Origin: Octopus bimaculoides
Lineage: Eukaryota
DNA length: 49,900 bases
Reading direction: 5' to 3'
Assembly: GCF_001194135.2 (NCBI RefSeq)
Contig: NC_068989.1
Coordinates: 68,378,967-68,428,866, forward strand
This document shows, in pieces, positions 37,151 through 49,900 of this stretch; position 1 is the first letter of the stretch, and every line of letters begins with the position of its first letter. Under the pieces are notes generated by a model, which worked only from the letters and a program-made list of their open reading frames with translations, was not told where the DNA came from and ran no database searches. The translations under genes and the position numbers were made by a program.

Positions 37151-37741
37151 TACAGTCGAGATAATTATGCACATTTCTATGAGGACTAGCTACCATACAG
37201 AGACGTTCTTCGTGGGCCTAAATATACAGGCAAACTATATCGCTCTAGGCGATATGATTGAAATCTGTAACAATCCTCCTAGAACATAGTAGTTCCCACA
37301 CATTTGAATGAATTCAGCCTTATTCAGAAATACGAAAATTTTAGTAGTTGAAATGAGATACTGTTGCTTCCTATATCAAAATATATGTTATGGTATGCCA
37401 GACCTCCTTGTGAGATTCTGAATTATAATATATAAGGTTTTGTGGATATTCGTTATGCAGTTTCTCCCAAAAATGCGCGTACACATGTATTTATAATTTA
37501 ATGAATTAGTTTTAATTACATTACGAATCATCTGCGAAATTTTTGATTTTTCTATAAGTTAACTATATGTATATGCATGTATGTGTGTGTGAGCATGTGT
37601 TTTCGTTTGTGTGTGTGCATGTGTATGTGCTTGTGTGTGTGTGCGTGTGTGTGTGTGTGTGCGTGCGTGTGTGTGTGTGTGTGTGTGTAGTATAAAAATA
37701 GAAAAACACGGAACAAAGATAAAAAACAGAAACGATTAGAA

Positions 37742-37780
37742 GTCTTACGTTTCAGGCACGTGCACTTCTACAGAAAAGAA
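37742..37780 (-). ncRNA. Degenerate type I hammerhead-like remnant (PLE-type end)
   Basis: Minus strand CTGTAGA-A-GTGCACGTGCCT-GAAAC-GTA. Core A6 is substituted and stem I is weak. Confidence 0.3.
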
Positions 37781-38347
37781 TAGACGATGAGTGAAAAGCA
37801 TTCGAGAGAGAAAGGAACATGTCTTAAATAGACAGTCACCCCGAATTAAGTCTTTGCTTCTTATACTNNNNNNNNNNNNNNNNNNNNNNNNNNNNNNNNN
37901 NNNNNNNNNNNNNNNNNNNNNNNNNNNNNNNNNNNNNNNNNNNNNNNNNNNNNNNNNNNNNNNNNNNNNNNNNNNNNNNNNNNNNNNNNNNNNNNNNNNN
38001 NNNNNNNNNNNNNNNNNNNNNNNNNNNNNNNNNNNNNNNNNNNNNNNNNNNNNNNNNNNNNNNNNNNNNNNNNNNNNNNNNNNNNNNNNNNNNNNNNNNN
38101 NNNNNNNNNNNNNNNNNNNNNNNNNNNNNNNNNNNNNNNNNNNNNNNNNNNNNNNNNNNNNNNNNNNNNNNNNNNNNNNNNNNNNNNNNNNNNNNNNNNN
38201 NNNNNNNNNNNNNNNNNNNNNNNNNNNNNNNNNNNNNNNNNNNNNNNNNNNNNNNNNNNNNNNNNNNNNNNNNNNNNNNNNNNNNNNNNNNNNNNNNNNN
38301 NNNNNNNNNNNNNNNNNNNNNNNNNNNNNNNNNNNNNNNNNNNNNNN

Positions 38348-38595
38348 GATAATGCTCTTCTCAGTACATGAGTCGTTCCACTTAACACGATTTTTTGTAC
38401 TTCCTGTAAGGATGGTAGGCCTGGTATCATTTTCAAATAGGTTTCAGTACCTTTTTTATCATTCCTAGAGATCCTACAATCACTGGTATGGTAGTCGCCT
38501 TGGGTTGCCACATTTTTTCAATTTCTATTAGCAAGTCTTTATATTTACTGATCTTGTTAAATTCTTTCGCCGCTATATTGTGATCGCTATTATCA
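38348..38595 (-). mobile_element. R4/Dong LINE 5'-truncated copy (RLE C-terminus) starting in (AAT)n
   Basis: DHNIAAKEFNKISKYKDLLIEIEKMWQPKATTIPVIVGSLGMIKK/GTETYLKMIPGLPSLQEVQKIVLSGTTHVLRRAL. The sense-strand 5' flank is (AAT)n. Confidence 0.9.
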
Positions 38596-38626
<31 letters not shown>

Positions 38627-38689
38627 TATTATTATTNNNNNNNNNNTATATATATAGCAAGGGCGCTATGAAACACCAGCTTTGTTAAA

Positions 38690-39025
38690 ACTAGGTGTCA
38701 AAAATACGCTGAAGCCACAAAAATTAACACTACATTTTCACAGGTATGGATGGAAAAAATTAAGTGCATAAGGATTGTGTCTTACCTCAGCAAAGTTGCA
38801 AGAGGGAATGCCTGTTAATCTGGCATCATGATTTCGAATTTACCGCCAAAAGCCCGTAATTCACTTCAGTCAAGTCTACTCATAACAAACGTAAGTACAC
38901 ACGAAAATTCACAGGTAAAATATGTATGTAAAAAAATTAATAAATAAATAAATTCATGAATGGATGTTGTTATCCCAGCGATAATGCTCTTCTCAGTACA
39001 TGAGTCGTTCCACTTAACACGATTT
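38690..39025 (-). mobile_element. Stop codon and probable 3' UTR/flank of the same R4/Dong copy (misplaced contig)
   Basis: 38980-39025 is identical to 38348-38393 and continues RRALSLG*. Confidence 0.6.
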
Positions 39026-39894
39026 NNNNNNNNNNNNNNNNNNNNNNNNNNNNNNNNNNNNNNNNNNNNNNNNNNNNNNNNNNNNNNNNNNNNNNNNNNN
39101 NNNNNNNNNNNNNNNNNNNNNNNNNNNNNNNNNNNNNNNNNNNNNNNNNNNNNNNNNNNNNNNNNNNNNNNNNNNNNNNNNNNNNNNNNNNNNNNNNNNN
39201 NNNNNNNNNNNNNNNNNNNNNNNNNNNNNNNNNNNNNNNNNNNNNNNNNNNNNNNNNNNNNNNNNNNNNNNNNNNNNNNNNNNNNNNNNNNNNNNNNNNN
39301 NNNNNNNNNNNNNNNNNNNNNNNNNNNNNNNNNNNNNNNNNNNNNNNNNNNNNNNNNNNNNNNNNNNNNNNNNNNNNNNNNNNNNNNNNNNNNNNNNNNN
39401 NNNNNNNNNNNNNNNNNNNNNNNNNNNNNNNNNNNNNNNNNNNNNNNNNNNNNNNNNNNNNNNNNNNNNNNNNNNNNNNNNNNNNNNNNNNNNNNNNNNN
39501 NNNNNNNNNNNNNNNNNNNNNNNNNNNNNNNNNNNNNNNNNNNNNNNNNNNNNNNNNNNNNNNNNNNNNNNNNNNNNNNNNNNNNNNNNNNNNNNNNNNN
39601 NNNNNNNNNNNNNNNNNNNNNNNNNNNNNNNNNNNNNNNNNNNNNNNNNNNNNNNNNNNNNNNNNNNNNNNNNNNNNNNNNNNNNNNNNNNNNNNNNNNN
39701 NNNNNNNNNNNNNNNNNNNNNNNNNNNNNNNNNNNNNNNNNNNNNNNNNNNNNNNNNNNNNNNNNNNNNNNNNNNNNNNNNNNNNNNNNNNNNNNNNNNN
39801 NNNNNNNNNNNNNNNNNNNNNNNNNNNNNNNNNNNNNNNNNNNNNNNNNNNNNNNNNNATATATATATATATATATATATACACATACATACAT

Positions 39895-40035
39895 ACGACG
39901 GGCTTTCTTCAGTTTCTGTCTACGACATCCACTCACATGGCTTTGGTCGGCCGGAAGCTATAGTCTATAGTACAAGACACTTGCCCAAGCATGTGGTTAA
40001 GAAACAAGCTTCTTACCGCACAGCCACACCTAAGC
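39895..40035 (-). mobile_element. CORE-like SINE 5' portion; the internal microsatellite runs into the gap
   Basis: gacacttgcccaag..agcttcttaccgcacagccacacc is the reverse of the head and core. Confidence 0.8.
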
Positions 40036-41121
40036 CTGTGGTAATTAGAAAGAAATCTATTTCGTTTCATATGAATTAATGTGCTCGATCTAAGTCCAGG
40101 AAATTGACCATCCTTATTGTTAACAAAAAGCAGGCAGGGATAAAATAGAATATAAAGTACTTATCGCAAATAAAAAATTGAAAAGTATATAGAAATACAT
40201 ATAAAAAATCTAATGTAAGTGAATTCAATAAGGAACAAACAGCTGGAGATATAAAGGATAAACCAAGATTTAGTATTGAATAGTTACTTTCAGACAGGGT
40301 TAAAGGATCAAAGAGCCCTAAATACTTTCTATCTCAATGTAATGTAGTGAAACCAACACAAAACTCACGTCTACGTAGAAAGACACACACATAGGTATTA
40401 ATATACTAAAATTACACAAACACACTCACATAGATGTATAGTCTTATAATCATTAATATACATAGAGACCACACGGAAACGAACATTATACACGCAAACA
40501 TATATGTTTATATACCCATAAGTATAAATACATACACACATATAAATATGTACAAAAACACACATAAACATATGCACATAATATAAATATATATACACAT
40601 ACATATAAAGATATACATATGAATACATACATGTATGTGCATGATTAAGGCTGCGAAACGGGTGTTACCCTAAGGATGACAAGTGATTAAATATACATGT
40701 GGTTGAAAGCGAACTGGTGAAAGAAAATTAAAAAGACCTCACGTTAATCGTGAATTGGTTCCAATTTTTGTATTAAAGCAAAAAATAGCTTTTTTTTTTT
40801 TTCATCGTAACACAATATACGGATAGGGGAAACGTATAGGGGAAACATATTTTCTCTCACTAGCCCACTTTCAGCCACGTGTATATTTTAGCTGGAGTTT
40901 TTGGTAGCTTTTGAAGGTATCGTCACTTCAAGCAAGCTGGAGAAAGGTCGTTTTCGCCCGATCAGCCTTGATATAATTATATACATATGTACATTATTAT
41001 TAATTTAATATATTAACTGCCTATAAATTTTTATAGCATGCTGACTACTTGATAAAAATCATTAACGTGATTTTTATCCTTATATTCTTTTATGAATTAA
41101 TATATATATATAAGAAATATA

Positions 41122-41803
41122 CGAGGGAAAGTCAAAAATTATCCACACTTTTACCATAATTTGTCTTTATTATTGTCACACTGCCTTCTGCACATGCGAG
41201 CTTATAGTTGGTACTAGTGTGGTCACGTGATTGAAGTTTGAGTCTGATCGCGCTGTCTCTACTTCTGGTTTTACAGTGTAAGCATGGCCGCTCCACTAGC
41301 AACATGCACCGAAGAAGAACAAAGAACAGTGATCCGATTTCTCTGGAAAAGGGATGTACGATCAACAGTGCAAGATACAGTGCTTTGCTTGCCAACAAAC
41401 TGAAGCCAGTAATTCACACCAAACGCTGAAGCCTATCGTGTAAGAAAGTTTGTTGTTGCATGACAATGCACGCCCACACACGGCCGACCAGACCATTGAA
41501 ACCATTAACCAATTGGGTTTTGAGGTGTCTTTGAGGTGCTGGAACACCCTGCCTACAGCCCAGATCTCGTCACTTCCGACAATCATCTCTTTGAAACGCC
41601 CGTTCAAAGATGGTTTACCAGGTCATCGTTTTCCTACGGATGAAGATGTGGAGAAGGAAGAGATACGCAAGCTTGTGGACCGCTTGACCAAGTACATCGA
41701 AAAGGAAGGAGCCAATATAGAAAAATCACGTACCTGTTTATCCCCTGTTTTGCGTAAATACATTGAAAAAACTAGAGTTTGTGTAGTTTTTGACTTTCCC
41801 TCA
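41122..41803 (+). mobile_element. Internally deleted mariner (DD34D-type), 682 bp, near-perfect TIRs, TA TSD
   Basis: TIRs cgagggaaagtcaaaaatta / tagtttttgactttccctca. MAAPLATCTEEEQRTVIRFL is joined to EKGCTINSARY..LLHDNARPHTA..LEHPAYSPDLVTSDNHLF. Confidence 0.93.
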
Positions 41804-43146
41804 TAGATACATACATAAAAATGTAAAATGTACATTTATACAATATATTACAAATATCACCAAACTGCTTGCCTATACAAGTTTGCAATTAGCTATCCAT
41901 ACCCAGTGACATATTGATTTCTTTCTTCAGCCAAATTTCTTAGGTTTCAGACAGAAAATATTACATGATGTCTTTCGCAGAGAATTGCAGGGCACTCAGT
42001 CATTAGGATCTTAGAAAACTAACCTAAACTGTCAGATACTTGCATTCTGTAGTCACTGATGATATGATGGATTGTGTTGATAACTAAAAATATGTATGCG
42101 TTCAACGCATCTAATGTAAATCATCACAAATTGTTATAGGAGTTAAAATATTGTATTTCGCTGGCTTAAAGCGAACAGTTGTGTGATCGGATATCCCTTC
42201 CAATTAATTTGCTCCAAACAGACCGCACAAACCATAATCCAGAAAAGAAATTTGAGCGATAAATTTACGATTATATATTAGTTTTGATTTCTTATAGGTG
42301 TGTGTATTTTGACATATCGTGCATGTGAAATTGTTGTGACGTACGTGTTTTTTTATCGATTTCATCATTAAAATTAATTGATTAATTGCTGTTGTTGTTG
42401 TTTTTGTTGTTACTATTGTTGTTGTTATCGTCGTTGTTGCTGGTGTTTACCTCCATGTCAACAGTTATGGAGCAGGCTTATAACAAAGTATTCAGACCGC
42501 ATCTATATCATAAATTTAATAGGATCTAAGACAACACGATCGGAAGTCCCATTCTCCGTTTTTAAGATACCAGGCTGTGATCTCAGTAAATTTTGAATGC
42601 TACTTTTTGCAAGTCTAGTGACCACATAGAAACGTTCTAGAAGTTCCGAATAGGTAACATCTTGTCAAACAGAATTTTTTACCGAATTTCGATTCACATC
42701 TCTGTGATATTGCTTCCGTTACTTATGCTCTCGGGAAAAGTAAAAAGTATTACGACTTTCATTTATTGCAAATATCTCACTGATGGATAATGTTAAGTAA
42801 GAATATCAAATATACAGATATACTACGTTAAAATTTCACACATTTCAGTTCGGTGTAAAATAATTACACGTTTTTCCATATCATTCAAAGAGCCTATATA
42901 ACATAGAAATAGAGAATTATCAATTAGCAACATTTGTGAGGTATGTACATTCAACCCCTCTTTATTGCTTTCATTTTTGTATCTTTCGTACATCGTCATT
43001 ACTTCCATGTTCTTTTTCTTTACATTCGTCTACCTCCTGTTATACAATTTACATGAGTTAACTCGTTAATGAATATCATCATGGAATTAATTTTCATTAT
43101 CAATCTGGTAACGAATGGTTATTATAGGATAATAATTGATTTTCAG

Positions 43147-43361
43147 TGCAGTCAAATACAGCAATGCCGTCAGCAATAATGTAGTCATTAATAAACATTA
43201 TCCAACACACGGTACACTTCCGGCAATTTATAATATTGAATGTATTAATATGGTCGCTAGTAATATTAACTTCATTTCACTTGCTGAATGGTACTACATG
43301 GTTTGTAATGAAGCAGAAAGTATGATACATTATGATGGCCATTCAATCCCAGAGGAAACAG
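43147..43361 (+). CDS. Candidate exon, unknown product
   Basis: Acceptor attgattttcag. Donors gtatga (after 43319) or gttaag (after 43361). Reads AVKYSNAVSNNVVINKHYPTHGTLPAIYNIECINMVASNINFISLAEWYYMVCNEAE... Confidence 0.3.
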
Positions 43362-44270
43362 GTTAAGTGATGTGATACGGATTTAAATTAATATCTTCGT
43401 GAACTAAGAAGTTATTATTACGAAACCATTTTGCTTTCTTTTCATACATGCGAAATGTTCTTTATTTTGCAACTGAATGGCAATACGGGATTTCTGAAGT
43501 TCAAGTGCAAAAATAAGAGCATTAGTGATTTAGATAAAGTGAATTACCCAACTGTAAACGCAGAATACTTAAGAAAACGGTACTTTAGCATCATGATAAT
43601 CTGTACTCAATTAGTGATATCCATTACCTGTACCATTATAGTAAGTTCCCAATTTTGTACAACAGTTTCTATCCCTCATTCCCGTTATTTGACTAATTGT
43701 GTCTTGCATGTCATTGAGATTGCTTAACCCTCTCGCTTGAAATATCTTCTTCAAGTTCCTTGAAATGTAGCACAGACAAAACAAAGACACAATATACTAA
43801 AGTATATATCAATGCTTCAGTCGTTGTTTTCAGCTCGTAGAAAACAACGATGTTTTAAAAAGAGACAATCGGGTGTTTAGTTCGCACCTTGACCAACGGC
43901 AGTAGCAGTGTAAAAAGCATAGAAATACGTCAACAAGAAATTAAAATGTAGCAATCTCCACTGTTGGCAACTTCCCGTCTGCTGTATGGTGATTATCTTG
44001 TTATATTTAGCTCATTTCAAACCCACTAATTTTTAAGGGAAGACTTGATCAACGTCAGTAGATTGTAGATGTATCTTAATGATTCCTGAAGGAAAAAAAT
44101 CATGATCGATTTAGACACTGAACTGTGAAGGGCTGACATTAATTATTGTAGTAAGAACAGCCACTTTTTCATTTTAGGTGCGATTCCAACACTGTTTTAT
44201 AACGATGACAATGCGTTTTCGATCCTGCTCCCAATTATCCTACTTATAGCTGCACTTTACAGTAATAATA

Positions 44271-44476
44271 AATACTTCTCTAATCTAGGCGAAAAGTTTT
44301 GGAGGGGGCCAGTCGATTAAATCGACCCAGTACGCAACTGGTACTTAATTTATCGACCCAAAAAGGATAAAAGGCAATGTGGACCTCGGCGGAATTTGAA
44401 CTCAGAACATAAAGACAGACGAAATACCGCTAAACATTTCGTCCGGCGTGCTAACGTTTCTGCCAGCACGCCGCCT
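44271..44476 (-). mobile_element. SINE family A copy
   Basis: Family signature in reverse. Confidence 0.88.
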
Positions 44477-45104
44477 TCAGTGTTCTAATTCTTTGTCTTG
44501 AATTGACGCCAGCAGCTAAATTTGAAGTCAGGAAATAGAGATTCTTTTCCAGGGTGATCATTGCCTTCATTCCATGATTTGAATTTCTCAATAATTTTGT
44601 TGTTCTTGTGTAACCCGAGGACAATCCTGATTAAGCAATCTTATCATCAAATGTCTTCCAGCAATGACACTTCAACGTTGTTCAACGTAGATTTCTTTAT
44701 TTATAATTGTAAAGTGTGATTTCAAAAGGATTCGGTTGCTATTTTAGCAAGGTTGTACAGTTGGCAGCGTAGCGGGATCCTCATTAACTCCTTTTCTCAT
44801 TAATGTAATGACATGAGTTCGAGATACACTTCCTCCGCTTACATGAAAGCCCACATTAGGCCATTTACTTCGTCGATTGTCTTAACTAATTTGTAATGAA
44901 CAACTCAATGATCAAAAGCTCTTCCTTCTTTATGATAAAAGCCTAATTGCTTTAGTCCTAGTTTCAATCGACTGAATTATCTGCTTCTGAATTAATGTGT
45001 AAGTGGTTGAGCATTCCACAGAGACGTGTAGCCTTAAACTATTATTTGGCAGATTCAGTGTCACACATTGTACATGACAAAGCTGTACATTTTTTATTAC
45101 AGGT

Positions 45105-45280
45105 AGAGACCGTCCGAAAAGCTTCTATAAAAGTTTAGTCTGTCGGATTTCACTCACAAAATATAAGGTCAACATCAATCTGTAGAAATGGGGCATTTGC
45201 CCAAATATCATGCAATGGGATCGAAAGCAGGACCTACGGTTGTGAAGTAAGCTTCTTAATCATTCAGTCACACAACACCT
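45105..45280 (-). mobile_element. Degenerate CORE-like SINE 5' part
   Basis: catttgcccaaatatcatgcaatgggatcgaa..agcttcttaatcattcagtcacac. Confidence 0.6.
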
Positions 45281-45459
45281 ATTTAGTTGTATAGATTCTG
45301 CTTTTGTCTTCAAAATGTTCTGCTATGGTAACTTAACAACTATGTCTTATTTGACACCATCCAAAAAAACAGTACTTAACATTGCATTTTCTGAACGTTA
45401 CAAAATATTAGATTACGTTCCATCGTTCCGTAAACGACATTTTTTAATAATTATTATTA

Positions 45460-45662
45460 ATAATAGTCACAAATTTTTCCACATGGGCAGCCATGTTGGG
45501 GGAGGAGTAAGTCGATTACATCGATCCCAGTGTCCAACTGGTACTTGATTTATCGACCGCGAAAGGATCAAAGGCAAAGTAGATCTCAGAACGTAACGAC
45601 GGAAGAAATACCGCTAACCATTTAGCTAGGCGTGATAACGAGTCAACCAGCTCGCCGCCTTA
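45460..45662 (-). mobile_element. SINE family A copy with internal deletion
   Basis: Family signature in reverse. Confidence 0.85.
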
Positions 45663-46639
45663 ATAATAATTATCATTAATAACGACGCAACACAGACTGC
45701 AGAAAATGTCGTCTAATAAATATTAGGCGACATAAAGCTATTTTAAGTAATTTATCCCGGCATATTTTATGGAATACGATTGTATTTCCGTGTATCTACA
45801 CCTAATATTTAGTTTTGTGTCTATAAGTATTTTAGAAGTTTTTACCTCCGTTAAGTGATATAAATTTTTAAATCAAAAATGATTTCTTATCAAGTGGATG
45901 AAGTGTTGTTGAAAACTCCTGGAACGAAACGTGTTTTTGAAGTGAATAAAAATTAGGTGCTTAATATCCGTCTAAAAACAATGTCTTCAAAAGTTTTCTT
46001 AATGAAATTTCGTTATTATTTCGCTAAATGAAGATAAACCACTAAATTAATTTCTAAGATAAAATTAATTAAACAATAATAATAATAGATCTAATATATT
46101 TCTAAACATAAAACTAAAATCTTTGTTAATATTTGTCTAAAAAAATAGTAGCTTTCATTTATTTATTTATTTATTTATTTTGAATTGATATGATCGAAAA
46201 TATTATTGATATATAGATCAGAGAAGAAAAAAATCTTAAACGGATTCTCATTAAATCTTAATATTGACGTCTGTGTGGTGGAGTAAAAGACAATATTTAA
46301 AATCTTGCTTATTATGTACTTAGGCTATTTCAATTAGTTTATATATTTTCACTTTACAGTACGGTTTCCATTTCTCAAAATCTTCCATTCCAATGGCTTT
46401 ATGCCAATCTATGAAACTAATATATCCTGTTATGTTAGGGAGATATGTCTTATTACTATTATTGCTGTTTTCACTATCTAATATAGTTTTTACATTCGTA
46501 GATTTTGGTAAAGTGTAGAAAATTCTGTTGAGGTCACGTCACTGCTGAACAATCGAGATGAATGCACATAATTTACGCAATTATTTAGAAAGAAAGGGTA
46601 CAGTAGTTAAGTCGGTAAATAGATATATGATATAGTTTT

Positions 46640-46820
46640 CTTGTATACATGGGCGCAATATTATCAATGTGGTACGAAACCTGCTTCGCTTACAGTAGGT
46701 CTCATGCTCGATCCCACTGCATGCTATCTCGGGCAAATAGCACTTTCTTTATCCTGGATTTATTCTTTGCTTAATGAGGGGAAATTGGGTAGACGGAGAT
46801 TGTATAAAAGTGCGTCAGGT
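46640..46820 (+). mobile_element. Degenerate CORE-like SINE 5' part
   Basis: tgtggtacgaaacctgcttc..gatcccactgcatgctatctcgggcaaat..gggtagacggagattg. Confidence 0.6.
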
Positions 46821-47196
46821 AGATTGTGATGATAAATTGAAAAGATACGGTCTTACCCTTTACAGCATCACGCTGGTTCTTCCTTAAAAATATTTTATTT
46901 CTTTTTACTTAGGAGTTTGAGTCTTATAAGTTAACGTCTGTAGAATACTAGGTCACTGGGATATGAAATACCTTTCAAGATTAAATAAATAGTTTCGCAA
47001 AATCCCCTCTTATCTCTATAGCAGTATTTTACTTCAGTATTACAATATAAATTTGCACTTGTCATTTATACTTTCTGCAAGACATAGAATGCAGGAAATT
47101 GATCATTAGATTGATCAATCTAAAGATCATGGGTGCGCTTTAGCTTCAGTCATCTGTACTTCTTACCTTGTAGAAATTATTAATTTGCAGACAAAT

Positions 47197-47416
47197 AAGG
47201 CAGTAAGCTGGCAGAAACGTTAGCACGCCGGGGCGAAATGTTTAGCGGTACTTCGTCTGTCTTTACGTTCTGAGTTCAAATTCCGCCAAGGTCGACTTTG
47301 TCTTTCATCCTTTTTTGGGTCGAGAAATTAAGTACCGGTTGCGTACTGGGGTCGATCTAATCGACGTCGCCCTCCCCGAAGAATTTTGCGCCTTGTGCCT
47401 AGAGTAGAAAAGAATT
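47197..47416 (+). mobile_element. SINE family A copy (tail 2)
   Basis: Well-preserved head, core and tail. Confidence 0.9.
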
Positions 47417-48024
47417 TTCAGACGAAATCGATGCTGTATGGATGTAATATGCTGTATGGATGTAATATACGAATGTATTTTCAAGTTTAGCATGATCTCA
47501 ATAAATAATCGTGATTACAACAAAAATAAAGCATATAGCATTTCTTAATATACTTTCCAACGTGATATTTAGGTCATTCTAGTTGTAATGTTCCGACGGA
47601 ATCTTGGTAGATGCAAAGATAATTATGATTTTTGTTATTTTACACTTTGATGCTTAATTTCAAATGAACTTTCATTTACTGTGCTTTTGTTATAAACCAT
47701 TTTGAAGAGCAGATTTCGATTTATTGATTTTGCTAATGATTTCGATATTACTGTTTATTCATATTTAGTTTTTAAGTTAAATCAAATTATTGATTTTGAT
47801 TACTGCAAATTTTTATTCTTACTTTTTATTTAATTTACTAGGTCATATAAACAGATCACCTCATATTAGTGTTAGCACCGAAGTATTACTGCATGATGTT
47901 CGTGCTTTTCTCAATAGTAAGTGAAGGGAAATACATTCAATTCGATAGAAAAATTGTTCAGGCAAGCGGAATAGAATTGTGGGACGGCAATATGTCACAA
48001 GCCTATACAATCTACCTATTTCAG

Positions 48025-48305
48025 CGCGAAAAGTCTCTAATCTAGGAAGCGACCTGCAGCGAAACTTTCATCAGGGTCAACCTTGTGAAATCAGCACCAG
48101 AAACCAGGATTCATCACTCCACAAACGGATGATTACTATCTGACTACGTATCAGCTGTCCACCGATGGCTTCATTTCAAACATATAACGATGGAAACAGC
48201 CAGATGGAAACATCCAGTAACGATGGAAACATTCAGATGGAACCATCTACGCCTCTAAACTACTTACCTACTCAGCTCGAATGGAATAGAGTATACCGTC
48301 CGTAG
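48025..48305 (+). other. Exon-like frame with one in-frame TGA and a 33-bp tandem duplication
   Basis: Acceptor ctacctatttcag. Reads RKVSNLGSDLQRNF..MITI*LRISCPPMASFQTYNDGNSQMETSSNDGNIQMEPSTPL..*. Repeat units 48185-48217 and 48218-48250. Confidence 0.25.
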
Positions 48306-49900
48306 TTATAATCCCCGAGAGGGGAAATGGTTCTTTCAGCGCATCTCACCATTTTCTTTGCTTTGACTACGAAATATTTGCATGCCGTGCGATAAAGTAT
48401 TACCCATTAAAAATTAGTGTACGAGGTGTTTTCTCCACGTACCGAACAAGCATAAAAATTATCACTTAAATCTAGTTAAATAAATTTTCAAAATATACAA
48501 AAAATCTTTAATAAAAATGAGTGACAAGCAGCGCTATTCCAATGGCTTAACGTCAATATATGAAAATGATACAATGTATTATGATAAGACAATATGATTT
48601 AATATTCTTAATAATTTCATTGTCTAATATAGTTTTTATATTCATACTTTTATGAAAAGTGAATAGTTTTAACAAAGTTTTAGCATGATTCCCCAGTAAA
48701 ATAATCACCTGCTTTTAAGGTGTTCAAACAAAGAAAAAAAATCAAATTTCTGGAACACAATACAATAACAGTAGTAAATTATTGTTGATATTCTGAACCC
48801 GGAAACTTACAACTACTTTGCTACTTCAGTAATGGATGAAATTATTCCTCAACAGTAGCACCCCACCTTTCTAGCCTCAATATTCCTGGTAATATCTTTC
48901 TTACGAAATATATTTGAGGCTTGAGGCTTATTTCATGGGTAGTGATAGCCATAATTTCCAAACAATCTTCTTTATTTACTTAACTATCTATGCTAATTAC
49001 AATGCAACCAAGTACATTTATCTTGGCTCTTGGCTGTTGAGTCATTTCTTTTTATTAGAACGCTGAGAAAACCGTTCGATTTTCATATATAAGTCTATAA
49101 AAAATCTGCTAAAAACAATAAACTATTATCTTTCTTGTAAAACAATATTACATCTACCTGTTAAGTGTTTAAATTGTTAACTCCCAGGAAACATTTTTGT
49201 TTACCCTAAATTTCACCCTGGTCTCAGTTTGAAGTATTGTATTTAGATTTTACCCTCGAAACATTCAATCTCCTATAAATTGTGTAATACCACGTACACT
49301 CCCATAGTGTTTATTTGAAGACGATATATCGCTTAAGCAAAAATAGAACAACAATTTATGTGTCTATTTTCTCATAGCGTTAAAGCATTTTTAATAATTT
49401 TTTCATGTTTATTTAGTCCGTTTTGTGCTATTTTTCACCTTCTTACTCTATAGATAGGAGATTGGCAAATTATTAACATCTGTAGTAAAATGTAACATTT
49501 CCTAAGGCGTGTTAAGTGCTTGGTTTTAAACATAAGGAATATGTTGAACATTGTTTGATAATAATGATACAAACATAGAATAGAATGTATATATTTGTGA
49601 TAACCCAGACTTACACAGAGCACAGTCACACAGATATACATGACATATTCAAAAATCACACTTTAGCACAACCACCACACACAAGTGCATGTATTACTGA
49701 GGAAACGTGTATGTGTCTGTATTTGCGAGAAAGCATGTGTGCTTCCTTGCGTTCGAATAATGAATGCGTAAATTATAAAATACACTCAAAAAATTACACG
49801 AAATATTTTAAACAAAAGCATTGCTTAAGGAAGAACAAAAAACGATGTGTTTTAAGCATACAAGCTACTTGCAACCATAATAGAATATATATATATATAT

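Noticed and set aside
40645-40685. GAAACGG ... GATGA resembling the permuted hammerhead motif
   Set aside because: It lacks CTTC, CTGA and any stem I pairing, and is too degenerate to count as a third copy.

Overview
AT-rich eukaryotic draft-assembly window with about ten N gaps, dense microsatellites and a heavy load of decayed mobile DNA. The repeat content resembles an octopus/cephalopod scaffold; this is an inference from repeat style and was not verified. Recognised content: several Tc1/mariner derivatives (two DD34D-type mariners, a maT/DD37D-like element, a DD41D element and two copies of one MITE), a Penelope-like element (RT-thumb/GIY-YIG remnant), RTE and R4/Dong LINE 3' fragments, at least three tRNA-derived SINE families (more than 20 copies, three with clear TSDs), and an unclassified (ATT)n-associated element. 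No host gene can be assigned confidently; only scattered candidate exons are visible. Most entries in the ORF track are artefacts of microsatellites or N runs. The most notable signal is a pair of diverged motifs (171-250 minus; 16086-16160 plus). They carry the hammerhead core motifs with covarying stem I, but the three strands are in a non-standard order that implies a pseudoknotted fold. A conventional minimal type I hammerhead also sits in a Penelope-type terminal repeat next to a tRNA-like module (28761-29060). All structure and homology calls were made by eye, with no searches or folding runs.
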